A stretch of DNA of 63,192 bases, the filler included, from Anaerolineae bacterium (GTDB lineage: Bacteria; Chloroflexota; Anaerolineae; Epilineales; Epilineaceae), in NCBI GenBank assembly GCA_029262755.1. It is 5 parts of 5 records of this genome, joined end to end, with 100 filler letters (N's around TTAATTAATTAA, not from the genome) between each part and the next. Parts side by side here need not be neighbours in the genome. Positions count along the whole stretch, not along the records: positions 48,743 to 59,354 come from JAJCYU010000227.1; positions 59,455 to 63,192 come from JAJCYU010000243.1; 3 more parts are not named here. The stretch is one strand, 5' to 3'. A program made the position numbers and the translations under genes. The notes under the pieces were generated by a model. That model was given only the letters and a program-made list of their open reading frames with translations, did no database searches and was not told the origin of the DNA. Shown piece by piece: positions 51,965-60,931 of this stretch (positions within the stretch are counted from its first letter, which is position 1; each line of letters opens with the position of its first letter).

Positions 51965-52470
51965 GACGCGCTCTCCTCCTCAGATTCCATGTTCGCCAGC
52001 TCAGACAACGCGTCGTAGGGGGCCTGAGCCCCGTCTTCTGCGGCCGTGTCCGAACGTTGCACGGTGTCTTCGGCCGCCTTCCGGTCCGACTCGGCCTCAG
52101 GCGCAGGTCCGCCGATCCGATTGTCATCGTCGGGCAGGGTTTGCGGCCGGTCGTTCGCCGCCTTCGGCGATGCGAGGGACCGCGCGGGATCCGCGGCGTC
52201 CATCGCCCGCCGCGTTTCTCCTTCCACCATGGTAACCGCTGCTTTGGCCTCGAGCGTCAGCTGCTCGAACTCCTTGCGGGCCGCCTCTGCCTCGTGGGCG
52301 GCGATCTCAAGTTCCTTGCGAATCTCGGCCGTCGCTTGATCGGTCAACGCACGGAAGCGCCCGACCCACCGTGCGATCTGCATGACGACACCCGGGAGGC
52401 GTTCCGGACCGAACAGGATCACGAAGAGCAGCGCCAAGACGAGAATCTCGGGGCCGTTGACGTTGAACAC
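51961..52470 (-). CDS. tatB: twin-arginine translocase subunit TatB (TatA/B family)
   Basis: MFNVNGPEILVLALLFVILFGPERLP followed by an amphipathic helix; GTG start. Confidence 0.88.
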   Translation of the reverse strand: MFNVNGPEILVLALLFVILFGPERLPGVVMQIARWVGRFRALTDQATAEIRKELEIAAHEAEAARKEFEQLTLEAKAAVTMVEGETRRAMDAADPARSLASPKAANDRPQTLPDDDNRIGGPAPEAESDRKAAEDTVQRSDTAAEDGAQAPYDALSELANMESEEESAS

Positions 52471-52865
52471 TACACGCCGCCGGGGGTCGCCGTTTCCACG
52501 GCGCGCGCAAGGAGTAGAAACAGGAAGAACGAGGTCGCGAAGAACATGATGGCCTCCTGGCGCGGCGCTCCCTCCCTGCCGCGCGAGAAGGTGTAGACGA
52601 AGGGCCACATGAGCGCGGTCAGCACGCCGTACAGGCCGTGCAGCCACCAGGCTCCCGCGCCTCCGGGTGCGCCCCACAGTTGGACAATTCCGAGCAGCGC
52701 CTGCAAGACGAGCACGATCTCCCCGATGACCAACGCGCCGAGGTAGCCGCCGTCCAGACCGCGGCCGCGGACCGTCAGCCAGAGCGCCCAAACGCCCATC
52801 GCGAAGGTATAGAAGAGCGCGGTCGTGGCGAGGCGGGCGTGCAATAGCTCGAGTATGGCGCTCAC
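52470..52865 (-). CDS. small 4-TM membrane protein
   Basis: Four hydrophobic helices; HGLYG; translationally coupled on both sides. Confidence 0.75.
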   Translation of the reverse strand: MSAILELLHARLATTALFYTFAMGVWALWLTVRGRGLDGGYLGALVIGEIVLVLQALLGIVQLWGAPGGAGAWWLHGLYGVLTALMWPFVYTFSRGREGAPRQEAIMFFATSFFLFLLLARAVETATPGGV

Positions 52866-54238
52866 GATGTGCCGTGCGCCTCGGCGAGGGCCGCATGGAA
52901 GGCGATGCAGGTGTCGATTCCCCCGAAAAACTGACCGAGCTCGAACTTTTCGTTGGGAGCATGCAGGTTGTCGTCGGGGAGGCCGAAACCCATCAACACC
53001 GTCGGCAAACCGAGGATCTCCGCCATATCCGCAACCACGGGGATCGAACCGCCCTCGCGGGTGAACACTGGCGCGCGCCCGAAGCCGACCTCATACGCGG
53101 ACTCCGCGGCGCGCATCGCCGGAATGTCGCGCGGACAGACGGCAGGCCATGCGCCCGTCATGGAGCGCACCTCGATGGTGAGACCCTCGGGCGCGAGGGC
53201 CCGCACGTGCTGTTCGAACAGGCGGGCGATCTCGCCGGGGTCTTGGTCCGGCACGAGCCGCATGCTGATCTTGGCCGTTGCGCTGCTCGGCAAGACCGTC
53301 TTGGCGCCCTCGCCCGTCCAGCCCGACACGAGTCCGTTGACGTCCAGCGAAGGGCGAGCACCGATGCGCTCCTTGAGCGAGAACCCGGCCTCGCCCCATC
53401 CAGCGGCACGTCCGGCCGCCTTCGAGAACGACGTCGTGTCGAAGGGCACGGCGGCGAGCTCCGCCCGCTCATCGTCGTCGAGGGGGCGCACCCGGTCGTA
53501 GAAACCGGGAATCGTGACCCGACCGTCCTCGCCTTGCAGCCCGGCGATGATACGGGCCAGCGCACCCGCGGGGTTCAGTACCGCTCCACCGTACAGCCCG
53601 GAATGCAGATCCTGGTTCGGACCTCTCGCGATGACCTCCATATAGGCCAGACCGCGCAGACCGTACACGATGCTCGGTGTGCCACGCGCGATCATGGCCG
53701 AATCACTGATCACCGCAACGTCCGCCTGCAGCTCGGAAGCGTGGGTGCGTAGCCATGCGCCGAGGTTCGGGCTTCCGATCTCTTCTTCGCCTTCAAGAAA
53801 CACTTTGACGTTGGTCGGCGTGCCGCCCACCGCATGCCAGGCGGCGATCGCCTCCAGATGCGCCGAAAGCTGCCCTTTATCGTCGGCCGCGCCGCGCGCG
53901 AACACGACATCGTCCACGACGCGCGGTTCGAAGGGCGGTGTGGTCCACAGGGCCAACGGGTCCGGTGGTTGGACGTCGTAGTGGCCGTAGATCAATACGG
54001 TGGGCCGACCGTCGTCCACCATGCGTTCGCCGTACACGACCGGATGTCCCTCCGTCTCGTCCACCCGGACGCCCGTGAGACCGGCCGTTCGCATTCGTTC
54101 CGCGAGCAACGACGCCGCGCTGCGAATGTCGTCGGCATGTTCGCTTTGGGTGCTCACACTCGGGATGGCCAACAACGCGAGGAGGCGCTCCACTGCCGCG
54201 TCACGGTCGCGGTGGGCGTGCTCGATCGCTGCGTGCAT
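52862..54238 (-). CDS. M20 family dipeptidase
   Basis: YGHYDVQP, RGAADDKG, EGEEE, DLHSG, GGSIP, HAPNE. Confidence 0.95.
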   Translation of the reverse strand: MHAAIEHAHRDRDAAVERLLALLAIPSVSTQSEHADDIRSAASLLAERMRTAGLTGVRVDETEGHPVVYGERMVDDGRPTVLIYGHYDVQPPDPLALWTTPPFEPRVVDDVVFARGAADDKGQLSAHLEAIAAWHAVGGTPTNVKVFLEGEEEIGSPNLGAWLRTHASELQADVAVISDSAMIARGTPSIVYGLRGLAYMEVIARGPNQDLHSGLYGGAVLNPAGALARIIAGLQGEDGRVTIPGFYDRVRPLDDDERAELAAVPFDTTSFSKAAGRAAGWGEAGFSLKERIGARPSLDVNGLVSGWTGEGAKTVLPSSATAKISMRLVPDQDPGEIARLFEQHVRALAPEGLTIEVRSMTGAWPAVCPRDIPAMRAAESAYEVGFGRAPVFTREGGSIPVVADMAEILGLPTVLMGFGLPDDNLHAPNEKFELGQFFGGIDTCIAFHAALAEAHGTS

Positions 54239-54271
54239 GGCGCATTCCTTGGGGGGCCTAGGGTGCCGCGG

Positions 54272-54281
54272 AGTATAGCAT
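54272..54281 (-). promoter_or_regulatory. extended -10 promoter for the dipeptidase-tat operon
   Basis: TGCTATACT on the minus strand, ~35 nt upstream of the ATG. Confidence 0.55.
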
Positions 54282-54399
54282 GCGCAGGTCTTCCAATCGC
54301 GGGGCCGATGGCAGCTGTTGGGCGACCCGAGGCCGGACGCTACTCTTGCCGCAATGTGCTTGATATCCGGTTGCACCCTGGTTGAAAACGGAAGCCATC

Positions 54400-56409
54400 A
54401 TGAGCCAGCAGACCCCGCCACCGACCGCGCCTGGCGAAGCCGACGCATCCTCGAACGAAGCGCGTTTGCTCGCGCTGCTGACGTTGATCGCACTGATCAC
54501 GCTCGTCGCTGCCCGATGGATCGAGCGCGGCGGCGGCGCGCCGATGGCTGCGCTCGTGCTCTACGTCGTGGCATACCTTAGCGGTGGCTACTCTGGTGCC
54601 GTGAACGGCTGGGCTGCGCTGCGCGAGCGTGAGCTGAACGTCGATGTCCTGATGCTCGTGGCTGCCGCAGGCGCGGCTTCGATCGGGGCCTGGTTGGAGG
54701 GCGGCGTATTGCTGTTTCTCTTCTCGCTCTCGGAGGCACTGCAGTCCTATGCGCTCGGCCGTACGGAAACCGCGATTCATGCGTTGATGGACTTGCGCCC
54801 GGACGTCGCTCGTCGGCGGGATCCGGACGCCGCCGAGGGCGACGCGCTCGAGATCGTTCCCGTCGAGGCACTGCTTCCGGGCGATATCGTCGTCGTCCTT
54901 CCCGGCGAGCGAATCCCGGTGGATGGTCACGTGGTGTCGGGTACGAGTGATGTCGAGCAGGCGGCGATCACCGGGGAGTCCGTGCCGGTGCTCAAGGAAA
55001 TGGGCGACACCGTGTTCGCTGCGACCTTGAATGGTCCCGGAGCGCTTGACCTCCGTGTCTCGCGCGCCGCGGGTGAATCGACCGTCGCCCGGATCATCGC
55101 CATGGTGCGCGAGGCGCAGGCGGCGCGCGCTCCGACGCAGCGCCTGATCGACCGCTACGGCAACCGCTACGCCTGGGCGGTCATCGCGGCGTCGCTGCTG
55201 ATGATGAGCGTTCCGACCCTCATTCTGGGCTGGCCATTTCGCGACGCGTTCTATCGGGCGATGACCTTGCTTGTGGTCGCCAGCCCGTGTGCCTTGGTCA
55301 TCAGCACGCCGGCCTCGTATCTATCCGCGATTGCCGCTGCGGCGCGCAACGGGGTGCTGTTCAAGGGTGGTGCGCACCTCGAGGCCGCAGCGGCCGTGAA
55401 CGCGATTGCAATCGACAAGACCGGCACCTTGACGCGTGGGCAGCCGCGCCTTACCGACGTCCTGCCGCTCGACGATCGGGGCGAAGACGACCTGCTCGCG
55501 TTGGCCGCGGCCGTCGAGGCGCGCAGCGAGCACCTGATCGCACGTGCGGTCGTGCAGGGCGCGCGGGCACGAGGGTTGGCGCTCGAAGAGGCAACGGCCG
55601 TGCGTGCGTTGCCGGGGCTCGGGATTCGAGCGCGCACCGCCGGCGTCGAGGTAACGATCGGGCGCGCCAAGCTCTTCGAAGAACGCGGCGAGCTCGATGC
55701 GCCGGCGCGCGACGCCGTCACAGCGCTCGAGGCAAGGGGGCGCACGACAATGGTCGTGGCGGTCGACGGTCGGCCGATCGGCGTGCTGGGCGTATCGGAC
55801 GAAGCGCGTCCGAGCGCGGCCGCTACGATCGCCGCGCTACGCGCCATGGGCGTGCGGAAAATCGTCATGATGACCGGCGACAACGCGCAGGTTGCGGCGA
55901 CGGTGGCCGCAGAAGTGGGGCTGGCCGAGGACGAAGTCCATGCCGCATTGATGCCGGCCGACAAGGTGCGGCTCGTGGAGTCGATGAGCCTGGAGGGCCC
56001 GGTCGCCTTCGTCGGCGACGGGGTGTACGATGCACCGGCGCTCGCCGCGGCAAGCCTCGGCGTGGCGATGGGTGGTGGCGGAAGCGACGTTGCTCTGGAG
56101 ACGGCGGATGTGGTCCTCATGGGAGATCGCATCGCGCGTTTGGCCTACGTGTTCGGGCTGGGTCGCGCCGCGCGACGCATCGTCGCTCAGAACGTCGCCT
56201 TTTCGCTCGCCGTGATCGCGGTGCTTGCCGTGACCACCGTCGTGCGCGGGGTGCCCTTGCCGCTCGGCGTGCTGGGGCATGAAGGCAGCACGGTGCTCGT
56301 GGTGCTCAACGGTCTGCGTTTGCTTGGCTACCGGCCATCCGCCGCACTCGACGCGGCTGAATCGTCGGCCCAGCAAGCGGCCATCGCGGGGGCAGCCGCA
56401 CACCCGTAG
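54400..56409 (+). CDS. heavy-metal P1B-type ATPase (P1B-4-like)
   Basis: TGES, SPC, DKTGT, TGDN, HEGST; no N-terminal metal-binding domain. Confidence 0.95.
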   Translation: MSQQTPPPTAPGEADASSNEARLLALLTLIALITLVAARWIERGGGAPMAALVLYVVAYLSGGYSGAVNGWAALRERELNVDVLMLVAAAGAASIGAWLEGGVLLFLFSLSEALQSYALGRTETAIHALMDLRPDVARRRDPDAAEGDALEIVPVEALLPGDIVVVLPGERIPVDGHVVSGTSDVEQAAITGESVPVLKEMGDTVFAATLNGPGALDLRVSRAAGESTVARIIAMVREAQAARAPTQRLIDRYGNRYAWAVIAASLLMMSVPTLILGWPFRDAFYRAMTLLVVASPCALVISTPASYLSAIAAAARNGVLFKGGAHLEAAAAVNAIAIDKTGTLTRGQPRLTDVLPLDDRGEDDLLALAAAVEARSEHLIARAVVQGARARGLALEEATAVRALPGLGIRARTAGVEVTIGRAKLFEERGELDAPARDAVTALEARGRTTMVVAVDGRPIGVLGVSDEARPSAAATIAALRAMGVRKIVMMTGDNAQVAATVAAEVGLAEDEVHAALMPADKVRLVESMSLEGPVAFVGDGVYDAPALAAASLGVAMGGGGSDVALETADVVLMGDRIARLAYVFGLGRAARRIVAQNVAFSLAVIAVLAVTTVVRGVPLPLGVLGHEGSTVLVVLNGLRLLGYRPSAALDAAESSAQQAAIAGAAAHP

Positions 56410-56561
56410 TCGCTCTAGCGCGCGCCTGAGGGCGGCAAACCGGGAGCGCGGTGCCGCTGCGTATGCACGCGAACGCACTCGACGACGGACGTACTTGTGT
56501 CGCCGGACGCGCTCATGTTGCCGGATGCGCTCGTGCTAAGGTGTCCGTGCCGAAGCGAGGT

Positions 56562-57860
56562 CTAGCCGGACTCACGGCCGCCGTGCCGCCGCGCCATCGT
56601 CATCAAACCGAGACTCAGGGTCCATGCCAAGGCGATCAGGGCCGAGCCGGCTACGACGGGCAGTGCTGCGGCCCATGGCGACGGATCCGCGATCGGCTGG
56701 CCGTCGGGTCCCATCAATTGGAAGGCGCCGAGGGCCGCGGTCAGGATGAGGCCGTTCCACAGCCCATGGCCGATCAGGGCCGCCCCGATCGCCAGCACGC
56801 CACGACCCCAGCGCATCTCCCGGCTCATCGCGTACCAGCCCAGCGCGGCAACCCCGCTGAACGTGGCGTGCATGACGGTCGTCACGGCACGCGCGAGCAT
56901 GATGGTGGGCCACGCCAGTGCGGGCGCCATCGTGTCGACGGCGCCGGGCGTCAGGCTGACAGGCGACGCGCCTTGGAACACGGCTTCCGTGACCCCGAAT
57001 CCTGCACCGATCGCGACGCCTCGCACCAGCGCGCCGCGCCGCGTGCGGGGTGCGGAGAGCACGGCACCGGCCAGCTTTGCCAACTCCTCGATCGCAGGGC
57101 CGAGCAGAGCCATCAACCCGTAGATCGCCAGCACGATGGGTGGCATCCCAAGCAGGGTCTTCAGCGCAGCGAGCATCTCGTCGGGATCGCTCTCGGCGGC
57201 GCTGAACAGGCGTTTCACGGCCTCGGCCGCCGGGTCTATGGTCGCCGGACCTCCGGCGTGGAGGGCCGCAAGCACGGCGAGCCCGAGCAGCAACGCGAAG
57301 CCGATCTCCGCGACCATCGCGATCACGGGGGCCGCCAGTCCGCCCCACGTGAGCGCCGTGAAGGCCGTGGCACGCCGCACGCCGCCTCCGTGGCGCGCCA
57401 CGACGGCGATCACGGCCAACGCGGGCAGCAGCGCCGCGAGCACGTGCGCGACGGGTAGCCAGGCCAAAGTGGCGCCGCCGGCGAGCTGAATGGCACTTCC
57501 GGCCACGATCACCACCGGCAGCAGGAGCAGCGGCCAACGCGCCCCGCGCATGCCCAGACGTGGATGTACGGGACTTCGACCTCGTATTGCGCGTGCGAAC
57601 AACGTGTGCCCAAACACCATCGCGAGGATGCCAAAGCCGCCGCCAAGAGCGAGGGCGCCGGGATCAGCCGTGCCGCCGAGGGCGGGTAGCAGCGAGATCG
57701 AGAGCAGACCGAGGCCGCCCCCCAAGAGCCAAACGCTCGCACAGCCCATGGAAACCCGAGCGCCGGCGGCTGGACGGCGCGAGTCCGCATCGTCGGGCAT
57801 CGTTCGTCGTCCCGGCGGCGCAGCTGCTGCGGCGGCGGGAGGCAACGGCAGCGTGCTCAC
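56562..57860 (-). CDS. PrsW family intramembrane metalloprotease
   Basis: IEELAK, GFGVTE, MHATFS, HGLWN; many TM segments. Confidence 0.85.
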   Translation of the reverse strand: MSTLPLPPAAAAAAPPGRRTMPDDADSRRPAAGARVSMGCASVWLLGGGLGLLSISLLPALGGTADPGALALGGGFGILAMVFGHTLFARAIRGRSPVHPRLGMRGARWPLLLLPVVIVAGSAIQLAGGATLAWLPVAHVLAALLPALAVIAVVARHGGGVRRATAFTALTWGGLAAPVIAMVAEIGFALLLGLAVLAALHAGGPATIDPAAEAVKRLFSAAESDPDEMLAALKTLLGMPPIVLAIYGLMALLGPAIEELAKLAGAVLSAPRTRRGALVRGVAIGAGFGVTEAVFQGASPVSLTPGAVDTMAPALAWPTIMLARAVTTVMHATFSGVAALGWYAMSREMRWGRGVLAIGAALIGHGLWNGLILTAALGAFQLMGPDGQPIADPSPWAAALPVVAGSALIALAWTLSLGLMTMARRHGGRESG

Positions 57861-59354
57861 CTACCGCGGGACGGCGCGCCGGCCGTCACGTCGACCGGGT
57901 TGGAATCCGGCGAGGACCAGTGGCGGCTCTTCGTCGTCAAGACAAACCGAGGGTTGGTCGAGGTACTCCCAGCACACGCGATACATCTTCTCGTACTGCG
58001 CGCCGAGACCCCAGACATGAACCCAGTAGTTGCCGATCGCGAGTTCGCGCAGCACGACGATCTCGTCGGTGCCGCCGGTTGCCGCTGCAAACCAGCCCGG
58101 CACTTTTTCGCTGGCGTCACGGCCGGGAGGGTGGACGTATAGGTCGTAGTCCACCGTGCGATCGTCCGGAACATCGAGCACCACACGTATGCCGGCGGCA
58201 CGGCGGACATTCAGGACGAAGACATCCACGAGGTCCGTTCGTCCCTCTTCGCTCCAAAGCCTTCCCTTGTAGCGTCTCTGCGCACAGAGGGTCCGGTTGT
58301 TGAGCGCCAGCGCGGACTGCAGGCTGCCGCGCTGATCGTTCGGCTCCGTTACGTCGTCGACGAACCAACGCGGCGAGCAGAGCGTCCACGCATCCCGCAG
58401 CAAGGACGGCATGTACGCCGGCATCGTGGGGGTCGGGGTCGGCGTCGGCGTGTTGGTCGGCGTCGGGGTATTGGTAGGCGTCGGTGTGTTCGTGGGGGTG
58501 TTCGTCGGGGTCGGTGTGTTGGTCGGTGTGCTCGTCGCCGTCGGCGTGATCGTCGCTGTTGCCGTCATCGTGACGGTAGGCGAGGCGACGATCGTCGCCG
58601 TGGGTTGTTGGAGCCGAACGCGCCGATTGGCGCCGAAACGCACCCTGCCGGCGGAAGGCGGCACGCGTAGCACATGGGATGCATGGCGTGGCGCCGAACG
58701 AGCGAAGGGGTCGCTCGGCGGCGGCGGCTTCTCGGTCGGTGGCGGTGGCTTGTCGGTCGGCTCCGGCTTCGGCTCCGCGGTGGGCGGAGGGGGAGGCGGT
58801 GCGTCCGTGGGCTTGGGATCGTCGCGCTTGCCATCGTCTCCGCCGCGATCGCCACCATCGTCCCCGCCGTTGTCAGGCGGGGGAGGCGGGGGCGGCGTTG
58901 CGGTCGGGCTGACGGCCACGGTGGGCGAAGGGGGCACGGCGGTGGGGATTACCCGCGTCGGCGGTGCGGGCCCGAGGCTAACGGCGAGCTGGACCGTGCC
59001 GCCAGGCTCAAGTTCCGAACCGGCGGCAGGCTCCTGGCTCTTGATGTAGCCGGGGGCTACATCGGTCGCGTACTGGCGGATTTCCTCGACGCTCAGACCG
59101 ACGGTGCCCAACGCTTGACGCGCGTTGGCCAATGATTCGCCCACCACGTCGGGCACGCCCACCGGGGCCGGGCTCGGAACGGTCGTCGGCGAAGGGACGG
59201 TTGTGGGACTCGGCGGAAGCGGCGTCGCAGGCACCGCTGTGGGTGGCACCGCAGTGGCCGTAGCGGGAATGAGCCGTGCACCAAAGGCGGCAAGATCGCC
59301 GGCCATGCCCTGCCACGGTCGCCAGAGCATGAGCAGGCCGATCACGGTTATGGC
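57861..59354 (-). CDS. PASTA-domain membrane protein (likely Ser/Thr kinase C-terminus; 5' truncated) with PT linker and PPC-like domain
   Basis: TM segment; PASTA VPDVVGESLANARQAL...SQEPAAG...VSLG; Pro-rich and (TP)n linkers; EPND...DYDLYV...GNYWVHV PPC-like domain. Confidence 0.75.
   Translation of the reverse strand, partial: AITVIGLLMLWRPWQGMAGDLAAFGARLIPATATAVPPTAVPATPLPPSPTTVPSPTTVPSPAPVGVPDVVGESLANARQALGTVGLSVEEIRQYATDVAPGYIKSQEPAAGSELEPGGTVQLAVSLGPAPPTRVIPTAVPPSPTVAVSPTATPPPPPPPDNGGDDGGDRGGDDGKRDDPKPTDAPPPPPPTAEPKPEPTDKPPPPTEKPPPPSDPFARSAPRHASHVLRVPPSAGRVRFGANRRVRLQQPTATIVASPTVTMTATATITPTATSTPTNTPTPTNTPTNTPTPTNTPTPTNTPTPTPTPTMPAYMPSLLRDAWTLCSPRWFVDDVTEPNDQRGSLQSALALNNRTLCAQRRYKGRLWSEEGRTDLVDVFVLNVRRAAGIRVVLDVPDDRTVDYDLYVHPPGRDASEKVPGWFAAATGGTDEIVVLRELAIGNYWVHVWGLGAQYEKMYRVCWEYLDQPSVCLDDEEPPLVLAGFQPGRRDGRRAVPR
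58425..58535 (-). repeat. coding repeat (PTNTPT)n
   Basis: Degenerate 12/18-bp tandem units. Confidence 0.8.
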
Positions 59355-59454
59355 NNNNNNNNNNNNNNNNNNNNNNNNNNNNNNNNNNNNNNNNNNNNTT
59401 AATTAATTAANNNNNNNNNNNNNNNNNNNNNNNNNNNNNNNNNNNNNNNNNNNN
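59355..59454. other. artificial contig linker
   Basis: N-TTAATTAATTAA-N. Confidence 0.98.
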
Positions 59455-60053
59455 CCACCAAACGCGCGGCCTGACCCCAGTGTGGTCCATTGACCCGACC
59501 CGGACGGCGCAATCTTGTCCAGCCGTTTCGCCCTGCGTCGTCCTGTGGTCCGTTCACCCGATCTCGACTGTGGTCCGTTGCCCGGTCCTTGACAGACCAA
59601 CGGGGCCGCGGATGCGCGCCACGCGCGCCGCGTGACTGCTTTGGCCGCCCCGCGCCGCCACCGTCCCACGTGATGACGGCGTCGCGAGGATGGCATGAGC
59701 GTGTCGTCGGCCCCCTTGTGCGGCGGGCTTCCCGCGGCTTAGGCTGGACGGGCCACCCACTCGCCGATTCCGACGATGTCGACCGCCGATTCCGAGCCCC
59801 GACCAAAACTGGTCGGAATGCTTCGGAATCGCCGGCAGAATTTGCTTCGGAGCCACTGGTCGACATGCTTCGGAATCGGTGGTCGGCTTGGTCGTAATCC
59901 GCATCCACGGCCGCGACCACTGCCCCATCGACCCCACGCGCTCCCCCACACAATTGCGCCCCTTGAGACACGGGGGGACGCCGGTTGCCCGTGCACAGCG
60001 ACCCGGCGCGGGAACATCGCCCCCGCCAGCAGTTACACCAATGGTTCCTCGCG

Positions 60054-60082
60054 TTGCCAGAAAGTACACCGTGCGCCATACT
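60054..60082 (+). promoter_or_regulatory. sigma70-type promoter for the TA operon
   Basis: TTGCCA-N17-CATACT. Confidence 0.65.
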
Positions 60083-60120
60083 CGGTTCGAGATGGTAGAA
60101 AGGAACGGAGATGGCAGGCC

Positions 60121-60366
60121 ATGGTTGAAACAACACGGTTGGGCAGCGGCGGACGCCTCGTGATCCCGGCGGCGATCCGGCGCGCGATGGGTCTCAATCC
60201 CGGCGACGAGGTGGTGCTCGTCATCGAGGACGGCGAACTGCGCGTGTTTTCGGCGCGCCACGCCGCGCGCAGGGCGCAGGCTCTTGTGCGGCGCCACGTC
60301 CCCGAAGGGCGCTCCCTCGTCGACGCGTTGATTGCCGAGCGAAGGGAGGAGGCGTCGCATGAGTAG
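60121..60366 (+). CDS. vapB: AbrB/MazE/SpoVT family antitoxin
   Basis: GRLVIPAAIRRAMGLNPGDEV...SLVDALIAERREE. Confidence 0.92.
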   Translation: MVETTRLGSGGRLVIPAAIRRAMGLNPGDEVVLVIEDGELRVFSARHAARRAQALVRRHVPEGRSLVDALIAERREEASHE

Positions 60367-60751
60367 GATGGAGCCGGTGGTCCTGGATGCCTCTGCGCTC
60401 CTGGCGCTTCTCGGCTCCGAGGCGGGCCAGGAGTCTGTGCAGGCGGCCTTACCCGGCGCCGTGATCAACGCGGTCAATCTAGCGGAGGTTGTCGGCCGAC
60501 TGGCGGATCACGGCATGCCCGAGCAAGAGATCAGGGAAGCGCTCGTAGGCCTTGGCCTCGACGTGCGGGCCTTTGGAGAAGAGGAGGCGTGGCACGCAGG
60601 AATGTCCCGCCCCGTGACCCGCGCCGCGGGGCTGTCGCTCGGGGATCGTGCCTGCTTGGCCACCGGAGCCTCCCTTGCGCTGCCTGTCCTGACGGCGGAC
60701 CGACAGTGGGCGACACTGGCGCTCCAAATAGAGATCCGTCTCATCCGCTAG
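60359..60751 (+). CDS. vapC: VapC PIN domain toxin
   Basis: VLDASALLA, VNLAEV, LSLGDRACLA, LTADR; overlaps the antitoxin. Confidence 0.93.
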   Translation: MSRMEPVVLDASALLALLGSEAGQESVQAALPGAVINAVNLAEVVGRLADHGMPEQEIREALVGLGLDVRAFGEEEAWHAGMSRPVTRAAGLSLGDRACLATGASLALPVLTADRQWATLALQIEIRLIR

Positions 60752-60931
60752 AGGGTCGCTCCAACTGATTGTGGACCGATTCAGGTGGCCCCGCCGGCGC
60801 CAAAGCGAGCATCCTTCCGTACGGAAGCGTGGCCGTCGCCTTCGGCCGTATTACTAGGCCTAGGGCAGACGTCAGCCACGCAGACACGCATCAGTCGCGG
60901 ATCGCACGCAGTGGGACTGGAGAGGGACGGG

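Noticed and set aside
59455..59900. Repeat cluster as a CRISPR array
   Set aside because: Units are short, of mixed orientation and irregularly spaced; no cas genes.
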